This document shows positions 34,698-46,332 of a stretch of DNA of 64,000 nt, piece by piece (positions within the stretch are counted from its first letter, which is position 1; the number at the start of each line of letters is the position of its first letter). The translations under genes and the position numbers were made by a program. The DNA comes from Macrostomum lignano (Eukaryota), in assembly GCA_002269645.1 (NCBI GenBank), contig NIVC01000393.1, positions 124,001 to 188,000 of the forward strand. Reading direction: 5' to 3'. Under the pieces are notes generated by a model. The model was not told where the DNA came from, did no database searches, and saw only the letters and a program-made list of their open reading frames with translations.

Positions 34698-37600
34698 TGT
34701 TGCTCGGTCCCGGCGTTAGACCGCTCAAGGCGCGGCTGAGCTGAGCTACGCTCGCTAATAAAAACGATTGTTTATCGACGAGATATAACAACTGGCGACG
34801 AGGATGGCCAGCACCGTTTTTGCCAGCAAGCGAATCGCCGGCAGTTCTATGGAATCGATGGCTCGATGCCTTCGATATATACTGCCAAGCCGTGCATATC
34901 TGGACTCCAAGGCCGAAAGGAGAAGCTCAGAGTCAGGAGGCTATGCGCCTGCAAACGGTTTGCCGAAACATGCTGCTTCGCCTGCTCGGTTTCGAAGGGC
35001 AGCGGATAGCTACGGCTAGAAATGCAATTGCCGATGAGCAGAACTTTTGGCAAACTCGTGATCTGCTGACGACTGTATTCGGCGACCGGCCGAATGTGAT
35101 GCTGGCGCGCCACAGATTCCGGGAAAGACATCAGCTACCTGAAGAGGACCCAGCCACTTTGTCGCAGCACTGCGAGAGCTGTCAGCCACCTGCAACTACG
35201 GTGTCCTGGTGGACGAAATGATTCGTGACCAGCTGGCCCAGAGGACGAGCAGCACCCGGATACGCGAGCTGACGGAGGACGCGGCTACGCTGACTCTGGA
35301 CCGTGCCATCACGATTGCGACGACCATCGAGGACGCAGCAGCAGGAAGCAAGGCGATGGCAGCGACAAGCTCGTCAGGAACATTCCAGGCCGTTCTAGCG
35401 CGGCGCTCTGGCCAGCAAGAGACCCCAGCGCCAAGCCGGAGGGTCCTGTCTGCGATGCGGCCGTAGCCATGACGCGAAAGCGAAATGTCCCGCCCATGGC
35501 AAGAAGTGCAACAACTGCGGCAAGCTCAGTCACTTCAGTCGATGCTGCCGCAGCAAGGCTCTGCAGGTCAGCACAGAGGACACGGTTACGATTTACTCGG
35601 TGCACGGCATTGGCGAGATCAGAGTCGCGTTACAACTGGGTGGCAGTCGGACGATTGTCAGCCTGATGGTCGACTGCGGGGCCAAGGTGTCCCTGCTCTG
35701 CAGCGAAGCCACAGCAAGGACTCTAGACAACTTGGAGCTAAGACCTTCAGCAATGCAGCTAAAGGCTTACGGCGGAAAGCAGATCTCACTGGCTTGGATT
35801 GCAAAGGTTGCCGTCAAGCACGAGAGTCGGGAGCTGCATCACGATTTCTATATCTCGAGGTCGAGCGAAAACATCATTGGCCGTGATCTAATGAAAAAGC
35901 TGGGATTCCGGGTACAACTGCAGCCTCCTGAGGTTGAGAATAGTATCGCCAGTGTAGACATAGCGGAGGAGTTCACAGCGGTTTTCAGTGGCCTAATCGG
36001 ACTCTGCAAAGGGGCGGTGCACAAGCCGAGAGTAAATGCAGATGTGAATTCCACTCGCAAAGCAACAGAAAGTAGGCAATGAACTTGAATCTGCGAATCT
36101 GCACATTCGAATCTGCATCGACGTGCGAGAGCCGAATAAGTCGCTTGTAATCGATCGACATCCGATGCCTCAGCTGGACGAGATTTCGGCAAAGATCAAG
36201 GCAGCAAGTGGCCGCGTATTTTCAAAGATTGGTCTCAAAGCTGGCTACATGCAGATGCAGTTGCATGAGGCATCGCGTGACTTGACAGCATTCATCACGC
36301 ACCAGGGGTTGTATCGGTATTGCAGAGTGCTGTTCGGCTTAGCGTCAGCGCCAGCAGCGTTCCAAAGGATGTTGGACGACTTAGTAGCCGGACTTCACGG
36401 GGTCGAACATATTCTGGACGATTTCATTGTTTTTGGAGCAAACATGACTGAACATGATTCAAGACTGCGAGCGCTGTTAGGGCGTATGAACGACGCTGGC
36501 CTAACGACCAATAAGGACAAATGCCTGCTGCGCAAGACGGAGGTAGAATTTTTCGGCTTAATCTTCTCAGCCGACGGTATGCGACCTTCAGAGTCCCAGA
36601 CCAAGGCATTCAGCCAGTTGCGCTCACCGTCGAACTGTAAGGAGCTGCAGGCGTTCCTAGGAGCTGCAAACTACTTGATGCGCTTCGTGCCCAATTTTGC
36701 TGAAGTCACAGTGCCTCCTGAGGGCCCTACTGAAGGGGGATGCGGAGTTCGAGTGGTCGACGGACTGCGAAAGAGCGTTCCAAGAGCTAAAAGCAGCAAT
36801 CTGTAATCCACCGATCCTGGCGCACTTTGACCCAGAGGCCGAGACGATTGTCACCAGCGACGCCAGTGCGGAGTCTCTCAGTGCACAGCTATCCCAGGTC
36901 CAAGACGGCGTCGAGCGTCCAATCGCCTTTGTCGCCCGAGCCTTGACCGACACCGAGAAGCGATACGCTGCAAATGAGCGGGAGGCATTGGCCAGTCTGT
37001 GGGCCATGGAGAAGTGGCACTACTACCTATATGGGCGTCACTTTGAGCTGCGAACAGACCATCAAGCGCTACGTCAACTACTGTTGGGACCTAGCAGCAC
37101 GGGACATTGGCCGCTGCGCATCTACCGCTGGTGCGACAGGTTTCAACAGTACGATTTCCACGTAAAATATCTGCCAGGCAATCGGAGCTTCGTGGCCGAC
37201 ATGTTGTCAAGGTGGAGCTGTGGGTCGGACATGAATATCGTACAGCTACCGGACACTGTAATGCCTCGAGTCCGAGTAGTAACACCTACCCAGCTAGCGA
37301 CAGCCACGGCCGATGACACGGTTCTGCGCGAGGTGATTCAGCGAGTGACTAGCGGCAACTGGGGCTCAACGAAGGATACAGAATTGCACTCGTTCTTCAA
37401 AGTCAGAGAGTACCTCAGTGTTTGGCAGGATGGCGCCTGCCTGGCTTTCCAAGAGCGAGCAGTCATTCCACATCAGCTGCGGCGTAACCTACTGGAATCG
37501 GCGCACACCGGACATCCGGGTGTGGTTCGCACTAAGCAGCAGCTCCGCGAGTTTGCTTGGTGGCCAAAAATGGACTGCCATTTGTCGTTTGTCAGAGACT

Positions 37601-38850
37601 GCAGTGCCTGCGAGACCGCAGAAAAGAATATCAAATTGCGACCGGCTCCTCTGCAGCCTCTGCGGTGGCCAGATAGGCCGTGGACACAGATCGCCATCGA
37701 CATCGTGGGTGAGCTACAGGCAGCACCAGCATCGTCACGATTCCGTCTGGTCATTACGGATCTGCATAGTAAGTGGCCGGAAGTATTTGCAACGTCAAAT
37801 ATAACCACAGAGACGATCTGCAAAGTGTTACGCAGCCTGTTCGCACGCTGGGGCCTCTGCGAGACGGTGCTCACGGACAACGGACCGCAGTTAGGCAATG
37901 CTCTCACGGGGTTCCTGCGGGAGCGCGGCATCCTGCATCAGAAGACCAGCCCGTACCGTCCGAGCACGAACGATCAGACGGAGAGGCTCAACCGGACTCT
38001 GGTAGACAGCATACGAGCGGCCAGGGCAGAGAATGTCTCAATGCAAGACGCGTTGCTGCAATTCCTTGAGACCTACCACAGTACGCCGCACGCGCTGACT
38101 GGCAAGAGTCCAGCGGAGCTGATGCTAGGAAGACGTTGGCGCACTGCACTGTCTTTACTGGCTCCGTCTAAGGACACCACGGCGACACAACCAGATATCG
38201 CCCAGCGAATTTGGAAGAGACAGCAGCGAACGGCAGCTTATACCCACCGGCGGCTGGGGGGGGGGGCGCGACCACCAACATTGTGCGCCGGTGACTGGGT
38301 TCGAGTGCGTCGTCCAGTGCGAAATGGGAAGCTGGGGACGTGGCTCTCTGGACTACTAAAGATCGTCAAGACAACGAACGCCGTGTTAGACTAACGGACG
38401 GCAGCACCTGGAGTCAGCAGGCGCTTGTACCAACGTCTTTGCGGCCGAATTCTGAGCCACCAGGGCCAAACGAGCTTGACCCCCTCGTGGACATTCCAAG
38501 GCAACAATCTGCACAATGCGGCGGAGAGACAAATGTTCAAATACCAGGACCAGCTTCGGGACCCGCGACTCCACCGCTGCGACGTTCGAACCGTCAGCGT
38601 CGACTGGTGCAACGTTACGGCTGGTGAACCTTTCGGAGAGGGGGAAGATGTTGTGTCCTGATTTAATATTTAAGTACTTTTGTTTCTGAGATAATATATA
38701 AACTACAAACTTATGTCCATGAACCGAACCTTGTTGCAATAATTTGCAATAAAGACAAGGACTCGGTCCCGGCGTTAGACCGCTCAAGACGCGGCTGAGC
38801 TGAGCTACGCTCCCTAATAAAAAACGATTGTTCATCGATGAGATATAACA
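34698..38850 (+). mobile_element. Degenerate Ty3/Gypsy LTR retrotransposon
   Basis: Right LTR 38649-38850 (TG...CA) after PPT ggagagggggaaga; partial left LTR 34703-34790 then PBS-like tggcgacgagg; gag zinc knuckle, protease VDCGAKVS, RT ILDDF, RNase H TSDAS, integrase HHCC and D-D-E; several frameshifts; no TSD found. Confidence 0.93.
34804..38394 (+). pseudogene. Gypsy gag-pol, frameshifted (longest open piece 36697-38394, RNase H plus integrase)
   Basis: ORF track fragments 34804, 35209, 35600, 36123, 36697. Confidence 0.9.
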
Positions 38851-38892
38851 ACTACTTTCAGCAGCATCAAAGCATGCAGCAATGGTATATTC

Positions 38893-39233
38893 TTCTGCAG
38901 TCGGGATGCATGATATCAGAATAACACGACTCGCGACTACCGGCTCGCGTGTTATACCGATAATATATAATCTATATATTTATATATATATAAATAATAT
39001 ATATATATATAATAATATATATATATATATAATAATATAATAATATGTATATATATTAGAATTGTCTCGGTCCCGAGACAAATATTCTGTTATATATTTA
39101 TTATATATAAAAAACATATATAAATAGATTAATATATATCTATATATATAGTATAATAAATATAATTGGAATAACACGACTCGCGCCTACCGGCTCGCGT
39201 GTTATACCGATATCATGCATCCCGACTGCAGAA
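38893..39233. mobile_element. Non-autonomous foldback element with 25-bp TIRs and AT-rich core
   Basis: ttctgcagtcgggatgcatgatatc ... gatatcatgcatcccgactgcagaa; internal direct repeat aataacacgactcgcg.ctaccggctcgcgtgttataccgata twice. Confidence 0.8.
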
Positions 39234-42059
39234 AAGTGCATTGACTAGTGTTTCCACATAGGCTTGTTTATAATTTAAAATTTGGGTCATCTACAGCTGC
39301 AAGTAGACGCCTGTCTTAATTGTCAGTCTTGCTATGCCAGTAGAACTCCCACAGATGTGGAGACACGATACAGCCAAATCGAGCTAGAAGCATTGGCAAT
39401 AAAATAGGGTTGCGAAAAATTTTCTCACTTTCTTTAAGGATCAGCCGAATTCAGGATAATAATGGATCATAAACCTCTACTCGGATGTTTTGCATCAAAC
39501 TCAAAACCAGCAACCAAGAATTGATCGTTGGGCAATGTGGAATTGTCGTGTGGCGGCTGACCTCCGACTTTTGCTTTGTCAGCGGTGTCGCTCTCGCCTG
39601 CTCAATTTTTGCGCGATGCCCGCTGCTGAGCCAGTACGTTGTGCTACGTTGACAATAATCCAGCTGTCTGTATTTTCATCAAGACTGCTTCTAGCTAAGG
39701 ACTCTGAACAGGTGCGTTGGCTTCAGACCGTCGGTCCCTTCTGCTCCACAAACAAAGTGGTGTTAATTTTTTTTCATGTGTCGGGCTGGTTTCAGACCCT
39801 ATTTCGCGTCTTCACTGTCGGAGTGGCCTCATTAACTATTGCATGAGTTTTAATGGGACTGTGCAATTTCGCCCGCTTGAATTTTTCCCACGTGCTGGCA
39901 TCTGCTGCCTCTCATTTTCTGCTTTTACAGCTCCTGGCCCTGCGAGGGCGGGCGGCTCGTTTGATTGAGTTGTCTCTGGCGGAGTCGACATAGCTGACTT
40001 ACGAATCTGTCTGGCGAGCCTGGTGTTGTTTCTGTCAAATGCTCAACGAACAACCTGAGCAGCCCAAGGTGGAGCTTCTCGAAGAGTCTCGTACGAGTAC
40101 TCTACCTCTCCTATATCTCGCTTCGTCTGCTTTCGCTCGTCGAATTAGCAAAAATTAGCGTCTTCGACCAATCCGGCTCATCAGTTTCATGCACATTTTG
40201 GGACACTTCGTCTGACCAAGTAAAAACCTGGTCGGTGGGAGACATCGGTGTGTGACGACGTCGTTAGCATCTTAAATTTTTTGTTTCTATCTGAGTTTTT
40301 ATTACTTAAAATTATTGTAGTTGATTAATTTGCCGGTTCCCCAGCTATTTATTTAATGTAATTTGTAATCTGTATTTAGAAAAAATACACTTCAAGTTTT
40401 ATTTATTTAAGTCCAAGTTATTATTACTTTTTTTGATAGACATCTTAGGTTTAAATGAATCGGATTTCCCCGCCAATTTAAATGTTGCCTCGCGCTCGTT
40501 TTTGTGCTCTCCTCAACGCGGCGTTTTGTCTCGTACCCTGCGTGTCAACACTACTAATAATTGAACTAGCTAACTAATAAAAAAATAACTAATAATTAAT
40601 TAATCGCTAACTACATCTCGAACTCGCTACGTCAACGTCACAGGTGGGTCAGTCCAGGAATATCGGGAAGCCATTAATCTGAACTGCAGCCAAGCAGACG
40701 TGCGGCAGTTCCCAGAGGACACGAATGCCTCTGCTCTGGTGGAATGGTTTGGGGATCCTGTGCACAGCCAAAAGAGTTTAAAGCCAGTGCGCGCGACTCA
40801 GTTGTCTCGAAACGGCAGCCAGGTAGTACCAGAGAACAAAGTCGTAGTGCACCATCGCACACAGGTGTTGGCAGCGTTCAACGGAGTGCAGAAAATCCGA
40901 ATGCGCTTCGGAGACAAAGAATTAGGTTTCATTAAGTTTAATACAGTTGAATGGAAATGGAGTAACTCTTAGAGCTGAAAGTGAGAAATATCTAAATTTA
41001 ACATAACTGTACTACACTAACTCAAATTCTCAGATAACATTTTCCCGCGACTGGCACCAGCCAATGAGAAGTTCGACTCCAATTCGAGTACATATGTGAC
41101 TAAGAGGCGGATGCATGTGACTTGTATGGTCTCTTCGTTTAACTGGTCGTTTCGTTATTGCTTATTTGCAAGAGTTGCAAAAACCATCTGTATAGCTAAC
41201 GAAGAGTTCCCTCTCAGGTACAGCCAATGAGAAGTTCGACTCCGATTTGAGGAATTAACAAATAACAAAAAAAATTGTTTGTCCATTATGTAGAAGATAA
41301 AGCACGCTTTCGGCTCGAGGGCGCTAAGTAAATAGTGTCCGGAAAATAGCGTGCTTTATCTCATAAAGAGCATGTATATATATCCCATAGACAAACGGTT
41401 GAAAAATAAAGCCCTCAACTTGACTAACTGCTTGGAATAGCGGGCAATATAAGGCTCACACAAGGAATTCTACTGGTAAATCCTACTAGAATGGAGGAAT
41501 CTAGCACGCTGACGAGTTTGACCGGTTCCCCGTTAAACACTGCGAAAACTATATGCTTTATGCCCACAGTTAGTCTTGAACCATAGACAAAATATGCGCG
41601 AGCTAGTCTGAACATTCTTATTTGAGCCAGCGTGCGGGAATGAAGGCAGTCGTGCAGGAATTAAATAATCTATGGCCAAATCTCCACTGTTTTACACTTG
41701 GACATCGTGCAGGAATGACACTCTCCGTTCCTGCACGCAAATAATTTATTTAAAATTGTACGCAAATGTATTGGGAGGAGAGAGAATGTAGACAGAGAGT
41801 GTGGAGGGAGGAAAGAGAGAGGGGGTTAAAAATAAATCGATTTTTGTGCTTTTTTATACTGTCCGTCAAAAGTTCCGGAACCCTTGCTACGATGTCTTCT
41901 AGCGGACATAATTTCAGTCCGTTTCAATTGTAACTTGATTCAAATGAAAGCTGCGGATCTCAGCTCCATGATGTGGTCAAGAAAAAGTTTATTCGAAGGA
42001 GCGCGTGTGAACAGGCCAGTGTTATGTACATAAAGGTTAGAGAAAAAAAGTGAGGAAAA

Positions 42060-42770
42060 GACACCAAGGGCACCAAGGGCACGGATGTGCGCTCGAGAAC
42101 GAACAGCCAGGAGAACATTGAGGCTCGGCGAGAGTACGTGCTGAATTTGGACCCTGCAGTACGGTTGGTGTTTCTCGATGAAACGGGATTCAATTTGTGA
42201 ACCAGACGATCACAGGGTCGCAGCCTGAAAGGTGAAGAGGTCAGGCGAAGGGTCACAACGCAGCGCGGACCAAATGTGACTGTTTGCATGGCGATAGTCG
42301 CTGAGTTTGGCCTCGTGCACTCGTCGGTGTTCCGAGGAGGCCAGACGAACGCCAGATTTCAGATCTTCATCGACGAACTGAGCGAGGAATGCCACCGTCT
42401 TGATGCTGCGGCATGGTGGATTGTCGTGATGGACGGTCCGCATTTCCATCGAGCAGCGCGCATTCCGCAACATCTGCAGCACGCTGTGTCCATCCGCATT
42501 CTTCCCGGATATTCACCTTTTCTGAACCCTTCGGAATTCGCCAACAGTTGTCTCAAGGCCAAGATCAAAAGCAGACTGGCGCAGCCTGACATCGTTGAGG
42601 AAGAGGCAGTTGCCCCAGAAGGCGTGAACCAGGAAGAGTGGCGTTACATGCTGCTGGAGAGAGTGGCGCGTGAGTCATTGCCTGAAGCCGTGACTCCGGA
42701 CAAGGCAGCTGCGTGGGAATTGCGCTGCTTCCGTCAGCTTGGACGCTGCCTTGCTGGGCAGGAGCTCTGA
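42060..42770 (+). pseudogene. IS630/Tc1-like transposase catalytic half
   Basis: VFLDETGFNL*..., VVMDG...ILPGYSPFLNPSE (33 residues between D2 and E); internal TGA near 42198. Confidence 0.85.
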
Positions 42771-43074
42771 ACCTATGCTGCTGGACTGCTGTGTTTCCAT
42801 CATTTTTCTGACTGTGTTGCCATTTCTGTTGTCAATTTCTCGTTTCTATTGTTAAAATTTCATTCAAATAAACGCGCACACTGCTCCCGTTGCCATTTTG
42901 ATTGTCCAATTCTCATTTCGATCGTCAAAAAGTCTATGGCCTAAGCCGCAGCTGCTGCGAAGCTGAGCTGAGCTGCTGCATGCAGATCTACGGCTGTTTT
43001 CATTTTGATTGTCCATTTTCTCATATTGATTGTCAAAACCAATAATATGCCAGAGTGACTTTCCTGAAGCCAAG

Positions 43075-43270
43075 TCTTTGCGTCCTCTGCAGAAGCTTAG
43101 CGTCCTCTGCAGAAGCTTAGCGTCCTCTGCAGAAGCTTTGCGTCCTCTGCAGAAGCTTAGCGTCCTCTGCAGAAGCTTAGCGCCCTCTGCAGAAGCTTAG
43201 CGTCCTCTGCAGAAGCTTAGCGCCCTCTGCAGAAGCTTTGCGTCCTCTGCAGAAGCTTAGCGTCCTCTGC
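43075..43270. repeat. 20-bp minisatellite (~10 copies)
   Basis: Unit gcgtcctctgcagaagctta. Confidence 0.92.
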
Positions 43271-43620
43271 ATGTCAAATAAATGCGCCGTTTTTTGCTGC
43301 AAGTCTGGCAGCGAGTCGGCAACGGCACGGTCAGCGAGGATTTCATTCCACAAGTTTCCGAATCGAGACGATCTGCTCGAAAAATGGTTAAAGAGCATTT
43401 CCCGAGAAGCAACTTTCAAGCCATCGAAGTACAATCGAATTTGCTCCCTTCACTTCACGGAATCAGATTTTATTACTGAGAATCAGGACAGCGATGCATA
43501 TCGGAAAAAAACAACACGAAGAAGGTGCCAATCTTGTAAAAAGAAGATTAAGAGAAGATGCAGTTCCCACCCAATACAGCACGATAAAGATGTCCAAGAT
43601 GCTAACAAAGCAGATCAAAA
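43271..43620 (+). pseudogene. THAP (C2CH) domain fragment, frameshifted
   Basis: MSNKCAVFCC...FHKFP...W...RICSLHF, with RRLREDAVPT in the shifted frame. Confidence 0.85.
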
Positions 43621-44651
43621 AGCCGAGACAAACAAAATTAAAGAGAAATTTGACGAAACTGCAAAAGTCACAGGTGGCCGGGAAGCATTGATTTTGATGC
43701 GTGGTGCCCCCTTACAATTTTGCGTAACTGCCCTGGCGGCAAAAGTGAGATTCATTAGTTTTATTGCTGTATTCTTTCTTTGCTTGCCAGACATTTCTGA
43801 ATTGTGCTTACAGTTTTCGTTTCTTTTTGTTTGCTCTTTGTTACAGTTTCTCAATACAGTTTATAAGCCATGATCTATTCTTGCTTTGCTTGCTTGACAT
43901 ACTCCTGTGCCTACTCGTGTTACATCTAGAAATTGATATAATTTCAACGTCTTCTTATGTCGCGTTTCATTTCTATGCTATTATATTATATCTGCTATTA
44001 TATTTGCCTTTCATGTACTTTGCTAGCAGTCTGAGCGAAATGTTTTATTTAATGTTTGTGGACTCTATTATACTATGAACGTCGGTCATTATGTTTATAT
44101 TCTGTGCTCTCCGGAGGGGGGCTGATTGGCTTAGTACTTTTGCATAAACAATTGTTGTAAGTTCGTGGTACCTGCAGGGGATCAACTTGTCCACAACCCC
44201 CGAAGGGGGTCTAACTGGCTAGTGATAACCTAAACCACAGATACTAAATATCCTTGATGGTTTACTCAGCACTATCTTTATGTGTCAGTTTTGATGTAGA
44301 GACTATTAGTAGTAATATACGGTACAAAATTGCCAGCAAACCGTTCTCATAATTCAAAGAGAATTAACCCTTTATCAGTTTGAAATGACTCGTTTTCCCT
44401 TCATTATCGCTCGTCTTCACTTCGCTCAACTCGCTTCGCTCATCCTCGCTTCATTTCGGTCAATCTCCTCATTTCACACTTACAACGATTAATTCTCTTT
44501 GAATTATGAGAATTCGCTCTCGTCGTTCGCTTCGGTTTGCTGGCAATTTTGTACCGCACCCAACACTTCTAACACTTCCAATTCTCTATAACCCCTCGCA
44601 CGCGCCGCAGGCGCTAAGGGTCTTTTTCTGTTACTAAAAATAGAACAAAAA

Positions 44652-45050
44652 ATGACACACGTTACACATATGCAAAATCTGAACGAATTGCAGGTAGGAG
44701 ACCCAATTGAATACCGAGGTGAGGGGCTTTTTGATGTGGTTGGTACAGCAGCGAATTTCGTTAAAGACAATATGGGTCTTATAGGCCAAGCAGGCTCCGC
44801 AGCAGGTTCTATAACAAATGCTGTAAAAGGAGGAATTGAAGCAGCTAGAGCGGCAGAAGAACTAAAGAAATTGAGAGATTTTAACGACACCCTCTCACAA
44901 ATAAATGCAATAAAAGATTTAAAGCTGGCACAAGCCGCACAACCAACAGAAACCCCCCACGAAAAGCACACCAATAAGTAATAAAGATATTCAAGATTTT
45001 AATAAAATGTTAACCACAATTAAAGGCGGAAAAGGATTAAAAAAATTTTA
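44652..45050 (+). CDS. Small Maverick core-like protein; annotated ORF ends 44981, but a 1-nt shift in the C6 run near 44955 extends it to ...IKGGKGLKKF*
   Basis: YRGEGLFD motif; alternate frame PISNKDIQDFNKMLTTIKGGKGLKKF. Confidence 0.6.
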
Positions 45051-45061
45051 ATAATATAAAA

Positions 45062-46048
45062 ATGGACACGGATAATGAACGGCTATATTTTATAGGAGAA
45101 ATTGTAGACACTTTAGATTTGGATGATAACAAACATAGCCACACAATGTTAAAAAGATTGGATCGTTTAGGTAAAAAACTTGACTACGATATCGATACAT
45201 TTAAACTTGCTGCAAAATATGCACAAGAAGGAAGGCCAATATCCTTTAAGAATCATGGTAGAAATTATAGGTTGACAGACTCTGATGTAAAATTTTTATT
45301 GGAGACTCACACTAAAAAGGACGGCGGATTGCTACCCATTTTACCAATTCTTTTAGGCCTCGGAGCAGCCGGAGCAGCCGGTTTAGCTGGCAAAAGAATT
45401 CATGATAACCGAAAACAGTTAGCAGAATTAAAAGCAAAACAAGGGGGGATATTGCCACTAGCAACTTTATTACCAATAATTTTTGCAGGAATAGGAGCAG
45501 CTGGTGGAATAGCAGGTGGCGCAGCGGGAATCACAAAAGCAGTAAATGATAAAAAAGCTGGGGATGAAAAAGCTAAACGAGATGCAGAATTTCAAAGACA
45601 GCAAATAACACAGGACGCACAATTCAAACAGAAACTTATTGATACCATTAATAGTAGTTCAGCAACAGCAGAGCAAAAAAGAAATGCAGAAGCTAGGTTA
45701 GCAGCCGGAAAAGGTTTACTCTTGCAAGGAACAAATCACGGGAATGGTTTAATATTAAAAGGAACAACCCAAGGAAGTGGAGTTGTAGCAGATAAACTAC
45801 ATGAATTTGGTCAAACTTTAGAAAAAACGGGAGAGAAAGCTAAAGGATTTTTTGACAATATTGGAGCTAATTTTAGACCAGCAGTTCAGAAGATTTTTAA
45901 TAAATTAGGAAAAGATTTTAACATCATTGAAAAACATGATGGAAGCGGATTATATCTCGAAATGCGACCAAAAGCAGGTTCAGGAATTTTCTTAAATTCA
46001 AACGTTATGGGCAATGGATTACTGTTACCAAAAGCAGATCTCGAATAG
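45062..46048 (+). CDS. Adenovirus pX-like / adintovirus core precursor protein, 328 aa
   Basis: Two motifs GGLLPILPILLGLGAAG and GGILPLATLLPIIFAGIGAAGGIAG (adenovirus pX GGILPLLIPLIAAAIGA); six GxG(L/V/I) repeats. Confidence 0.72.
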   Translation: MDTDNERLYFIGEIVDTLDLDDNKHSHTMLKRLDRLGKKLDYDIDTFKLAAKYAQEGRPISFKNHGRNYRLTDSDVKFLLETHTKKDGGLLPILPILLGLGAAGAAGLAGKRIHDNRKQLAELKAKQGGILPLATLLPIIFAGIGAAGGIAGGAAGITKAVNDKKAGDEKAKRDAEFQRQQITQDAQFKQKLIDTINSSSATAEQKRNAEARLAAGKGLLLQGTNHGNGLILKGTTQGSGVVADKLHEFGQTLEKTGEKAKGFFDNIGANFRPAVQKIFNKLGKDFNIIEKHDGSGLYLEMRPKAGSGIFLNSNVMGNGLLLPKADLE

Positions 46049-46132
46049 GCTCCTGGGGGGAGGGTCTGGACACCAAAAACACAAAATTAAAAAATCAATA
46101 ATTCAAACATTATATAAATTTTATTCTATAAA

Positions 46133-46288
46133 ATGGAACAAAGAATGACCCCAGATCAGATTCGACAACTTCTTGCAAATGAGCGCCAACAGTTCAATCG
46201 CATGCGCATGGTGGCAATGCGCAGCCAAGCTCCTAAGTCTAAGACCGATAAGGAGAAGGTTCAGAGAGCAGACGGAGGTGGGCGGTAA
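46133..46288 (+). CDS. Short hypothetical ORF, 51 aa (MEQRMTPDQIRQLL...)
   Basis: tataaaATG context as in the neighbouring genes; no recognisable homology. Confidence 0.35.
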   Translation: MEQRMTPDQIRQLLANERQQFNRMRMVAMRSQAPKSKTDKEKVQRADGGGR

Positions 46289-46332
46289 TTTATCCGCTTA
46301 AGGTGTGCTCCAGCCTATTTCGAAAGATTTAG

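Noticed and set aside
44504-44974. Minus-strand ORF entering the left TIR (and its mirror 47980-48192)
   Set aside because: Antisense shadow; both share the same TIR-encoded tail and lack independent support
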